DNA from: Macrostomum lignano
Lineage: Eukaryota
Direction of reading: 5' to 3'
Assembly (NCBI GenBank): GCA_002269645.1
Contig: NIVC01000178.1
Coordinates: forward strand, 62,001 to 126,000
DNA length: 64,000 nucleotides
In this document: one piece after another, positions 34,101 through 47,323 of the stretch
Numbering within the stretch: the stretch's first letter is position 1
Layout: every line of letters starts with the position of its first letter
Translations under genes and position numbers: made by a program
Notes under the pieces: generated by a model
What the model was told of the DNA's origin: nothing
What the model saw: only the letters and a program-made list of their open reading frames with translations
Database searches by the model: none

Positions 34101-35345
34101 ATCTTAATTGACTTACTATAGGTAGAATAGACTATGACTTATTAAAGATTAAGGTAAATTAATTTATGAAATATAAATTGTTATATTATTGATAGCTAAT
34201 CATAAACCATAATAATTAATAGTACCATAACTATTTATATATTGTATATTCATGTGTCATGTCTATAGGCCTATTGAAAAACATTGAAATTATTACTTGT
34301 TTTCTAATTTTTTCTTAAAAACACTTTCAATTTTAATTTTTCAAAGTTCAATTTTTTATTCATTCTTCTTAGAAACTGTCTATATTAAATTATTATTACT
34401 TATATAGGACATAAAAAATTGAGCTTGGGTTAACTCTAAAAGCAATTTTTAGAATTTTTTACTTTATTATCATTTTAGACACCTCTAAGAATCTAGCAAA
34501 AGTTACAAAAAATAGAAATTATAATATAAATTATTTTATATAATTAAAGTACAACTCAAAAATTTGAAATCAGCACTATTAAAAACCTTTTTACAAACAA
34601 AATTATGATCTACATAGCCAAAAAAAAATTTAAATAGGCCTATCCATAAAAAAACATTTGAAATGTTTTTTGGTTTGGCCTCTGGTTCTACATAAATTTT
34701 GCTATGTTATATTATAATTAATTCAATTTAATTACCATATATATGCGACCCCTGATTTACATTGACTATGCCATAGCTTTGATTGTGCATTAGTATAGGC
34801 CTATGGGCACTAGGTTTGGCACAGGCAGTAGGCACTAGGTTTGATGCCAGAAAAATTGGCAAGACCTCATTTTTACACTAGGTTTATATGCCAATACAAA
34901 ATCCTTCCTAACTATAGTGGCCATGCAACTTACTTTTTGACCAAAAATGCAACTTACCTGTGAAAGAAACCCTAATAAAGCAAAAATATATACAATTTTG
35001 GACAAACAGTAAGAGTACTCATACTCTAACTGTTTAATCAATGCTAAATTCCTCATCATCTAATTAGTACTATACTATATTTATATTATTTAGGGCAGGC
35101 ATTTTTGCCACTTAAAACTAGCCTAGTCTACTACAATTTATAATTACAATAGCTAGATTAGCCAGGTTAGCCAGCAGTTGCACATGTATATTAGTTACTT
35201 AGATACCTAGTCTAGTTAAAGTCAAAGAGAATAGGTGCAATTCAGGCTTATACATAATATGTAAACACTTAAATAGATAGGGCCTACTCCAAAATCTGAA
35301 TAGGCCTATAGGCCTAAATGGACAAAATATTGAATTTAGGGTTTT

Positions 35346-35369
35346 GGTTAGGGTTAGGGTTAGGGTTAG
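35346..35369 (+). repeat. Short interstitial (TTAGGG)3 telomere-like run
   Basis: GGTTAGGGTTAGGGTTAGGGTTAG. Confidence 0.7.
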
Positions 35370-35493
35370 AAGTTTGACAGGAGATTTTTTAAGATTTCAA
35401 GGCTACATATGTAGCTTATTAAAAAAACGTGTATTTTATTTCTTTGGCTCCCCAATGGGGGGCATAGATTGCTAGTTCTATTCTACAACTAAG

Positions 35494-36790
35494 TCCTTTA
35501 TATTAAAAAATCTGTTGTTTGTGGGTATGTGATAGATTTAATGAAAAACGGCTCAACTGATTTTCCTCAAACTTATACCATTTGACCAGAAATTTTTCCA
35601 TTACATGCATCAGACCAGAGTTAAGAAATAGCTCAATGGCAATGTTAAAAGGATTAAATATTCGAAAAAACATGCTTTTTTACGAAGGTCAAGCAGAATT
35701 TTAAACTTGAAATGCATTCATTGCATTGTAAGAATGCTAGAGAAAGATTTATTTTCTAGACTAGATGATTTCACCTACATTGCTAGAATGCTAGCATAGT
35801 ATAAGTATAGGAATACTATAGATATGTATGTAGAACATTAATTAACGAACTCGACGAGCTTAAATTTTTGTGCTGAATTTCTGCGAATGTTACGTATTTT
35901 TAACATTTTTTTATAAACAATTTTATTACTGCTGTGTGTTTTAACACTGACTATGATAGCTTAAAGTAAGGCATTAACTTAGTTGATTACTCCAACTAAG
36001 TTCAGATATTTTTTACGGGTCCGCCTCGTTGCAGAAACGAATTGTTTGTTTTTGTCCAGTTTATAAACAGCTGCACATCGATAAGCATACGATAGAAACG
36101 TTCAGCTTATTCTTAACATTCTTTGAAGCACGAATAGATATCGTTTATTGGGTAGTCCTCTCATTGCTCTTATTCTACCAACAGCGACTTTTTCTAAACT
36201 TACCCATGCAGTATAGTCTTTCATTTTCTCTGTGTACTCTTCATAGCTCTATCAGTTGGTAACTGTGCCGGTTACTCTGATGAACATTTAGGTGAATATT
36301 TACTGCTGATAAACAGCTGAGAAGCTTTTATCTACCTTGAATTAAGTATAGAAGACAAATGGGAAGTCCGACATGGAGATTTGAGCTGATACGGATTGCA
36401 GAGGAGCCAAGGCAGCAACTAAAGCAATGTACATGTGTACTGATATTAACAGGACGCGACACTCAGCAGGGTTCATGGGGAAAAGGTTTTGAAGGCTAAT
36501 AACACTATGCAGATAGCATATTTACATTTTTCATCAATTAAAATACTGATTGTATATAGTCGCCAATGCGCCATAAAGCACTCAACAGCCAATCTAAAGA
36601 CATTTGTTTCATATTTAGAAATGGAGTTTATAGGCACACATGTAACTAATTTTTGAAAATGTACTGTAAGGCATACCTTGTTGAAAAAATATGGGTAGCC
36701 AACTAAAGAAAAGTGAAATTACATGTAAAAAATGATGAGGACGCACTTTTTTCCAAACCCCGCGCTAGCACAGGGCTCTAAACTTACTAG
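35494..36790 (+). mobile_element. Probable non-autonomous Helitron-like element
   Basis: The 5' end TCCTTTATATTAAAAAATCTGTTGTTTGT...AACGGCTCAACTGATTTT resembles invertebrate Helitron-derived 5' ends. The 3' end has CCCCGCGCTAGCACAGGG followed by CTAG at 36787-36790. Boundaries are uncertain. Confidence 0.4.
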
Positions 36791-37349
36791 CCTACTAACA
36801 GTGGGCAATGGGCATTTTTATCCTTTTCCTGCGAATAGTCATAGAATCTATACTAGATATGTCTGGTCGTACTAGTAGTCATAATAACGTAGGCGCAGCT
36901 TTTTGGGTCATAAATCATCGCTTTCGAAGCTGGTCTGACACAGCCACCTGCGCCTCACTCAGTGTTGAGGCGGGCGCAGGTGGTCTGAGAGGATGCGGGC
37001 GGTAGCTTTTTTCTCATCATTTTGACAGGCCATCAAGATATGAGGTCAGAGCCTATTGTTCGGGTTCACTCAAGCGTGTGACAGTTTGGCAGCTATGCGT
37101 TTTACCCCTAAAAGTACTTTTGGGATTAGCGATTAGCGGTTTCTCTTCATTATCTTTACTTTCTATTTAATAAGAGCTTTCTAATGTATACTTTTTCATT
37201 AATTTCTGTCAATCCTACGCGAAAAGTCATGCATAAATCATTTTGTTGCGATTTTGATTGATTTATGGCCGTACCTGTCATCTTTTTACGACCCTGTGGG
37301 AACTGATAGGATCTCCCAGTCAGGTGATTCTGAGTGGCAACAAGCTTAG

Positions 37350-37451
37350 CCAATCAGAAAATTCGGCACTTATTTTAACAAAACGGCTCAGCCAATCAGA
37401 ATCGACGTGTTCCATTATAACAAACTGTGGTCCAGTTGGCGGCTATTTAAA
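37350..37451 (+). promoter_or_regulatory. CCAAT-CCAAT-TATA promoter-like module
   Basis: AGCCAATCAG twice (CCAAT at 37350 and 37392) and TATTTAAA at 37444-37451, followed by GC-richer non-coding sequence. Confidence 0.4.
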
Positions 37452-39162
37452 CCGGTGTTTTTGGCCCGCTCGGACAGGCTCCTCCTGGAAACTTAGCCTA
37501 GCTTGAGACATCCCGGAGCGCGACCGTCGTTTCTTGATCCCCGGATTGCGACCTCCCCCCATCATCATCAAGGACGAGTCTCCCCGGTCATCAGCAGCGA
37601 ACATCAAAGTTAAGAGCATCACCTGCTAGCTATCTGCGAAGACCGTGACATCAGCATCATCCCGGGTCTACAGCTGCGAAGCACTAAGCCGATTCGGTCA
37701 CTGTGGATTACCTGGTCTCCGGCTGTTGAGTTTCTGATTGTTTGGGTGAGAGGCTACCTAGACTTGCTTGATTGGGTGATTCCCTATCTGTCTCCTGTTT
37801 CAGTAGCTGGATTAGGCGCACACTTTTGCTCATTTTGTTCAGTAGTGCTGTTACTGAGGCAGAAATCATTCAATAATACTGCTACTAGTAGTCTAAAACT
37901 CCAATTCAATCTGAGGTGTGAAGTGATAAGGAGAAGGTTAAATCTGACAGTTATTTTTATCGGTTTTATTTCTTTGTTCGCCGATGGCTCAGATGAGTAG
38001 CAAAGCTAGTAGGCGCCGGTCACAGTGGACCAATGGCAAGCCAGTTCTCAGTCGATCAATCTATCAAATCAGTGAGCAAAACTGCCAGTAGTGCAGAATC
38101 GGCGCCAGATGTACTCTGTGCACTCTAGATTCGCCAAGCGGCTCGGGTAATGAATCATGCGGTCTCTGAAGTTCGAGTTAGTCTATCATCAGCGCTATGA
38201 GAGGCTAGTTGGCGCGTTGAAGGCCAAAAGTACAATTCTTCGTATTTAGCAATGTAATAGTACATGTAGCTACCCCATAGTCTCGCCACTGCAAGAATCC
38301 CCTGCACAAGTCCCCTCTGTACCTGCATGGCCAATGCGATATAGTCCCAGTAGTGTCCCTTAACATCGGCTATGACTTCGAGATTGACAGCAAAAAGACA
38401 CTACATGTAGTTGGCAGGTAAGTGCAAAGCCCCTTAGTCAGAAGCCCGATTTCGAGAGTCCCGGTGTGGTGAGCCAGGACGTACGGGCTGGTGGCAGCGA
38501 GTTAGCTAATCTGCGGATTAACTAATTTCTACCTTCAAAATTCTCCCTGCTTGTTTATCGCTGTCCCTCTCTTAGCTATAGGACCTAGACTGCTCGCCAC
38601 ACGATCAAGCTACCATGGGGCTGACCATCTGACAGGAGTGGGGGGGCCAGGACTCTAATTGATTTATTTCTGAGACCTGATCGGCCCGAAGGCTTCCCCA
38701 CAAGGGGGCCGAAAGGTCGAAACCCATCAAAAAAATTAAGTTAAGCTAGATGCTATTTTATTTTAAAGGGAATATACGACTAATTCGAAGGTCCCACTAG
38801 CGAAAAGGACATTTCCACGTGCATCCATTCAAAAGTGACATTGTTTGGAAAAGTGCTGGTCTTCAAAAGATTTTCCATAGATTTCGAGTGTTGCGTCCTT
38901 CTTCTATGCAAGTGTGCTGGCAAAACTGGAAAATTCATGTAAATCTGGGGAGAGCAAAAAATGCACATAAAAATAAAATTCTGCCGATGAGTTACATATA
39001 AGTCATGGAAACTCGATCTTCGCTATGCGTGTGAAAGCTGCTGGACAATGGAGAAAAAATATGAAAAGCGTCTATAGTTTTCTGTTAGTCTGTCTGTCTA
39101 ATATACTGTTAGCGTCCGTCAACTGTCAGTCTGTCCTTTAAGTGTCTGCTTGTCCATCTGTC

Positions 39163-40058
<896 letters not shown>

Positions 40059-40679
40059 TTTAGTGATTAGTCGTCTCTATATTTAAATTTAACTACTATA
40101 TATAAGGTGTCTTTTAAAAGCAAGTATATATTTAAAAAGAATTAAATCCCTGTTGCTGAATTGTACATGCGTGTCGCCGCGTGTGCAAGTTTAAGTCTTC
40201 CATTTACATGTTCTGACGGCAGCCTATTTTGGGTCCTCTGTATAACTTCTAGTTCATTCCTGCGCAAAATATAACAAAAATAGAAATATCGTATGCCAAA
40301 CATTAGGCATAAAGGCGCTTGTACATACGATGGATATTTATGTCCATGTTAACTGCGTATTAGGTGTGTAGCTCCTAAGATTGTGACGTGCAATTCGAAG
40401 TAAAATAAGCACATTGGCTACTTTATATAGATACCTGTTGATAACTCGGCCTATACTGCGCATGCGTTTATATGAAGACCCCGGTTATTCACACAGCTAA
40501 CTGTATACTGCGTGTATTTATGCCAGAAAGGTTTGTATATCAATGAACCTTTCCACAAGTGCTAGAAAAAGGGTACGGCACGGTGTTATATACGCGTATA
40601 GTCAGTGCATGGCAATCGCCTCATCCCCCTGCCCAACGCAATTGTAAAATAGAGGTTTATTTAAGGCGCAGCGCAGATA

Positions 40680-41893
40680 ATGAACGACTCCTCAGCGTAC
40701 GACGCCATCAAAGTCGTGCTTGTCGGCAGTTCAAGCGCTGGCAAAAGCTGTTTGCTAAGCCGCTTCGCTAGCGACGAATTCGACTGCACGTCCGTATCGA
40801 CTCGGGCAACCTTGGCCTCCGCGTTCTTCGCCAAATCCGTGCTAGTGGGCAGCAGGACGGTGAAATTGCACCTGTGGGATACGGCGGGCAGCGAGGAGTT
40901 CCGCTCAGTGATTCCCATGTACTACAGGCACGCCCGAGCTGCCGTACTGTGCTACGATATTACGAATTATCGAACATTTAACGATCTGCAGTACTGGATT
41001 GACGAACTGACCAGAAAAGAGCCGGATTGTCGGCTGTACCTGTGCGGATGCAAGTCTGACTTGCAGCAGGATGAGCGGCAGGTGTCGCTGATGAAGGCTA
41101 AACAGTTCGCCGAGAGTAAGTGGCAATGACAATAGCATATGTTTCGTTTATGAAATATTTTGTCTAGTTTATAAACACAGCTGCACATCATAGATGTTGA
41201 TCTTTGACAACATTAAAGCCCCTAAATCCATTCAACACCTGCATCAATAGCTCTTCCCCACATCCTTTCGCACCTGCATCACAAGACTAGCTCTTCCCCA
41301 CATCCTTTCGCACCTGCATCACAAGACTAGCTCTTCCCCACATCCTTTCGCACCGGCCTGCATCACTACACGTAGTTCATTCCACTACCACTGGCAACTG
41401 CATCATTGCTCCTCAACACATCCCTGAGATTTGAATATGCATGTAGCCTCACAATAATCCGTGGCACCTGCTTCATCACGACTCCTCAAACATCTACTGT
41501 ATATGAGCTTGTTTAATTAGGTCCAACATGTACTTTGCACCTCGATCACTACACGCACATGCGCCATCCATGGATACAGCTCGTACAGCAGCTAATCCAG
41601 CGCTTTTCTCGCCTCACACTCGTACACTACAAAACTATTCAGCAAACCGTGCAGCATTCTTCGAGACCTCAGCCCGCACAGGCGACAACGTGACCGCCTT
41701 GTTTCACCGGATCTGCTGCGACGTAGTCGAGTGGGACTTCGTCAGCATCACCAGCGGACAGCGCAGCGCTCAGCGTCCGGAGGATCCAGCGGCCAGCAAG
41801 AAGAAAGGATTCTTCTTGAAGTCAATCGAAGCAGATGAAGCAGCGTCTGAAAGACAACAGCACAAATGCTTCCATCTTTGCAAGTCCGGCTGA
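40680..41893 (+). CDS. RAB24: Rab24-like small GTPase (exons 40680-41115 and 41643-41893, 228 aa)
   Basis: GSSSAGKS P-loop, WDTAGSE (Q to S at the catalytic position, as in Rab24), YLCGCKSD, FETSARTG. Phase-1 intron A|GTAAGT...TTCAG|CA. The orthology assignment is from motif recall. Confidence 0.8.
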
Positions 41894-42136
41894 GATTTCA
41901 GTAGCTAGTTATGCACATGTTACTTAAAATTTGTACCGGTACACAAAACATACAATAATAAACTCGTATGCAATTCTTAATCTTTAGAACTAATTCCTCT
42001 TGGTCAGGGCACTGGCTTAATACATGTACTTATCTTCACGACGATACGTACATTTATAGATTTTTCATTGGGAAGATCGAGGGTCCAGCGTCTTTGGAAA
42101 GCATTTCATTTGACTGGGACGCCTTTCATTTGACTG

Positions 42137-42487
42137 GGCGCCAGCACCAGGGGCGCCAGCACCAGGGGCGCCAGCACCAGGGGCGCCAGCACCAGGGGCG
42201 CCAGCACCAGGGGCGCCAGCACCAGGGGCGCCAGCACCAGGGGCGCCAGCACCAGGGGCGCCAGCACCAGGGGCGCCAGCACCAGGGGCGCCAGCACCAG
42301 GGGCGCCAGCACCAGGGGCGCCAGCACCAGGGGCGCCAGCACCAGGGGCGCCAGCACCAGGGGCGCCAGCACCAGGGGCGCCAGCACCAGGGGCGCCAGC
42401 ACCAGGGGCGCCAGCACCAGGGGCGCCAGCACCAGGGGTGCCAGCACCAGGGGCGCCAGCACCAGGGGCGCTAGCACCAGGGGCGCC
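42137..42487. repeat. 15-bp GC-rich minisatellite (GGGGCGCCAGCACCA), about 23 units
   Basis: Near-perfect units. Reverse complement of the array at 50573-50907. Confidence 0.95.
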
Positions 42488-43040
42488 TGTAGTACTGTAG
42501 CCTGTAGTACTGTAGCCTGTAGTACTGTAGCCTGTAGTACTGCAGCCTGTAGTACTGTAGCCTGTAGTACTGTAGCCTGTAGTACTGTAGCCTGTAGTAC
42601 TGTAGCCTGTAGTATTGTAGCCTGTAGTACTGTAGCCTGTAGTACTGTAGCCTGTAGTATTGTAGCCTGTAGTACTGTAGCCTGTAGTACTGTAGCCTGT
42701 AGTATTGTAGCCTGTAGTACTGTAGCCTGTAGTACGTGAGATCTCAAGCCTGTACGTGAGGTCTCAAGCTGTTGAAGTCTCAAGCATGTGAGATCTCAAG
42801 CCTGTACGTGAGGTCTCAAGCTGGTGAAGTCTCAAGCATGTGAGATCTCAAGCCTGTGAAGTCTCAAGCCTGTGAAGTCTCAAGCCTGTGAGCTCTCAAG
42901 CCTGTGAGCTCTCAAGCCTGTGAGATCTCCCAACCTGTGAAGTCTCAAGCTGGTGAAGTCTCAAGCTGGTGAAGCCTCAAGCTGGTGAAGTCTCAAGCTA
43001 GTGAAGTCTCAAGCCAGTGAAGTCTCAAGCTGGTGAAGTT
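42488..43040. repeat. Adjacent 15-bp (TAGCCTGTAGTACTG) and ~18-bp (TGAAGTCTCAAGC...) minisatellites
   Basis: Directly visible, abutting the GGCGCC array. Confidence 0.9.
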
Positions 43041-44429
43041 TCGAGCTTGCAAAAGCGACACTATAACGAATAATTTTCTGAATGCATTGATTGAGTTTTA
43101 ACAAAACTGCTCTTTAAAATTTGACAAGTGAATTTTGACGAACTTTCAATCAATCAAAAAGTCTTTTTAAATTAATAACTCATTCAAACGGGAAAAATAC
43201 AATCGCGCCCCCACTAATGCCTAAAGAGAGATCATAAGGACATGCAGGCTTCAGTTAAGCATACAGGTAAGTTATATTGTAGCTATTAGTTCGTCCCCAC
43301 AATCGTTCTACTCCTGCCAACCGCCCACGGACAGAAGAGGAAAGGAGATCTGCGTGACCTCGATCGATAAATCCCAGACACTCTCTTCCCCATGGGCATC
43401 CCCAAAATCTTCCCTGACTCCCCAATTCTCTCCCTCTCTCTTCTCTCCCTATCCTCCTGTCCTCATCCCCCATTCCAACCCTGTGTGGGGAAAAGTGCTT
43501 TCTGTCTGCCTGCCTGCATGTCACCCAGCTTGGGTCTGCGACTGAAACTAAACGACCACGCAGTTCCCGTTTCAGCTCCCACGCAGCTTCCACGCGAGTT
43601 CAGTACTAGCTTAATATTTCCTCATCCTCACATCCTTATCCCACTCGCTTTTCTAGATTTCTCTTGCACCCTGGCAGCATCGATTTCTTGTTTCTCAAGT
43701 CAGTGACTCAAGGTTTTAATTTATTACACTCCATGGCCAGGGGGAGGGCAGAATATTAGCAACGGATATAAGATATCCCTCAATGACTCATCCCTACATC
43801 CTGCTGTGAGTTTACTGCGACTTCCTGATCGCATCTGATACAGTCACCATCTAGACAATATGGGATGCTATAAAATTTAATTATTCTTCTTTATTACTAA
43901 TCCTGTTAAAAAAGTTCGTCTGTCTGTCTGCCTTAGTGTCTATCTTAGTGTCTGTCTTAGTGTCTGTCTGAGTGCCTGTCTTAGTGTCTGTCTAAGTGCC
44001 TGTCTGAGTGCTTGTCTTAGTGTCTGGCTAAGTGTCTGTCTAAGTGTCTGTATTAGTGTCTATCTTAGTGTCTGTCTGAGTGTCTGTCCTAATGTCTGTC
44101 TTAGTGGGTCTTACAATCTGAATGGTCATCAATCCGTTTATTTTATATTTTTGGTATACAAAGAAGACTAACAAATGTATGTTCAGGCACTTGGCTCGTT
44201 GCCAAGAGAGGCCCTCGAGAGGAGATTAGGTGCTACTACGAGCGTAGTAGGATCGGTACCTCATTCGTTCGTTGCGCCAAGGAGACCTTCAACAAGGACC
44301 TGGAGTGAATGTTTTTTTCACAAAACCAGTGCATTCATATACACGATAAAATAAGGACTTCGGGTTTCCAGTTTTCACCTATAAGCCCCGCTTAGGCTAC
44401 GGTCAGACCAAAGCTTGACCAAAGCTAAC

Positions 44430-46050
44430 TCCCCATTGAGTCAATTGACATCTCAGCAACTCCCAATTGAGTCAATTGATATCTCAGCAACTCCCCATTG
44501 AGTCAATTGATATCTCAGCAACTCCCCATTGAGTCAATTGATATCTCAGCAACTCCCATTGAGTAAATTGACATCTCAGCAACTCCCCGTTGAGTCAATT
44601 GACATCTCAGCAACTCCCCATTGAGTCAATTGACATCTCAAGCAACTCCCCATTGAGTCAATTGACATCTCACCAACTCCCCATTGAGTCAATTGACATC
44701 TCACCAACTCACTATTGAGTCAATTGACATCTCAGCAACTCCCCATTGAGTCAATTGACGTCCCGCATAGCGACCTGTGCCTCAACTTTCTCAACGAATG
44801 TCAGGCCAATCGCGTCTTCACCGATGGCATTGCCTCAACGCTGAACCTGAGACAGCGCTACTCCGTAGCTATCGACTCGCGCGATAACATCAATGACCAA
44901 TGGAACCTTGGTGAGCTTCATTGCTACACCGACGGTTCTAAGCAGTCAGCCAACACCGGCTTTGGTGTTGGAGTCTTTCTGAACGAGAGGGTCATCGCTA
45001 CCCACGCTCAATACACTGGGGTCAACTCCAGTGTTTTCCAAAATGAAGTTCTGACCATCAGCTCCTGCACTGCAGAGCTTCTCGCCACTGGCGTTATTGG
45101 CAAGAACATCATTTTCCATTCGGACAGCCAAGCTGCCTTGCACGCCATCAGTGGCTGCAGCACCAACTCTGCTACAGTCCTCGACTGTATCAAACTTCTC
45201 AACGTGTTGGGTTCCGCCAATAAAATTACCCTTAAGTGGGTTCCGGGGCATGTGGGGATCCGAGGAAATGAGCTGGCTGACACCCCTGCAAAAGTTGGTG
45301 CCTCCGGCTCCTCTCTCGGCCCCGAACCTCTTGTCCCGATTCCTGGCTGTGTCATCGACTCGCGCATCAAAGCGTGGATCAGGACTCAGCACCGCTCGAC
45401 TTGGGCGAACCGCACGAACTGCAGGCAATCCAGAGGCGCTGTCCCTCAGCCCTCTCACCAGCTCCGGAAGCTCCTCTTGCGCCTCTCGCGCAGAGACATC
45501 CGGGCTACCACCATGACCCTCTCTGGTCACGGCTGCTTCTCCAGGCACCAGTACCTGCAGGGCAACGCCACCAACGCCACCTGTAGTTTCTGCAACTCAG
45601 GTGACGAAACCGCTGAGCATTTCGTCAGCATCTGTCCCGCCTTCACGCGGGCCAGACTCACTTACCTCGGGCCACACACATCTATTACTGAAGCGTGCAA
45701 ACCCGAAAACTTTAATCAGCTCATGCGCTACCTTCGGGCCACCCGCAGGGCTGAACTCTCCTTTCCAGAGAGCACTATAGCTGCTGGCGACACTGGGGGA
45801 CCTCCCTGGGCGGCGCCAACCCTCCGTCCATAGCGACGCGTCGGCCGTTCAGGGATTAGCGGAATGGGCGCCCGCGCCTTCCCGCTGTGTCCCCTCTGGG
45901 ACAGCCCTGCAGCTAAGTCAGTAAGTCAAGAGTCAATTGACATCTCAGCAACTCCCCATTGAGTCAATTGACATCTCAGCAACTCCCGATTGAGTCAATT
46001 GACATCTCAGCAACTCCCCATTGAGTCAATTGACATCTCAGCAACTCCCC
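44430..46050. repeat. 31-bp minisatellite (GAGTCAATTGACATCTCAGCAACTCCCCATT) interrupted by a LINE insertion
   Basis: Units at 44430-44759, resuming at 45930-46050. Confidence 0.92.
44760..45929 (+). mobile_element. 5'-truncated non-LTR retrotransposon (I-group; R1/LOA-like) with RNase H, C-terminal CCHC finger, 12-bp TSD and TAAGTCA(G) tandem tail
   Basis: The ORF to 45833 contains YTDGSK, FQNEV, SDSQAAL, WVPGHVGIRGNELAD and CSFC...ETAEHFVSIC. GAGTCAATTGAC is duplicated at 44748-44759 and 45930-45941. The 3' end is TAAGTCAGTAAGTCAA. Confidence 0.9.
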
Positions 46051-46705
46051 TTTGTAACTGGCGCCCCAGCTGTAGCTGGCGCCCGCCACTATACATGTAG
46101 CTGGCTTGTCTTTCTAAGATCTTAAATGTACATCACTGCACTTGTTTACCCCATAGGATAGACTGATACCATCAGCTGACATCCTGGTTGCTGGTTCCCA
46201 ATTTGGCAGCCGAGTTTGGACCCAGGATACCAAATCCAAATAGCCACTGTGATTCTGACGCTTGCAAAACCCCAGTTGGCATAGAAATTTAAATCATATC
46301 ATTTTTACTCAGTGCAACTTGTCGGCACAAGTATACATGATAAACACGAAGAAGTTGGCCGGTACAGAAAATAATGTCTAAAATAACTTTCTCACCCCGA
46401 TTCACTTCAGTCTACATTTTTTTCTTCACGCGTAAGTGTAGGAGGTGGTGTATAAACATATACTGAGTCATTGACAGCGCGGAAACAATTTTATTCGAAT
46501 TGGAAAGTGTCTTAAAATTGGAAATCAGGTTTCCATTTTTATTATATTATATACGAGCTAAGCATCCGGGTTCTGCGACAGGCAGCAGCTCCGCGGTGAA
46601 GGCACCTTGATTTCCATTCCGTGCGCTGCGAGTCCACATTTTAATTTAGGGCTTGTGCACCGAAATTTTGCTGATGGGTTGACGCGTGATTCACAACTAT
46701 GAGAA

Positions 46706-47323
<618 letters not shown>

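Noticed and set aside
35346-35369. TTAGGG run as a chromosome end or fusion scar
   Set aside because: Only three units, with no inverted junction or subtelomeric context.
38670-38727. Hammerhead-like string CTGATCGGCCC...GGGCCGAAAGGTCGAAAC
   Set aside because: Helix II-like hairpins and GAAAC are present, but the CUGANGA core is broken (CUGAUCG) and helices I and III cannot be formed. At most a degenerate relic.
41968-42783. (GRQHQ)n and (APLVL)n ORFs, and (GAPGA)n at 50528-51061, as collagen- or silk-like proteins
   Set aside because: Translations of a perfect 15-bp DNA repeat with no synonymous variation, signal peptide or splice support.
44715-44759. N-terminus of the 372-aa ORF at 44715
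   Set aside because: Derived from the flanking minisatellite. The LINE sequence begins at 44760.
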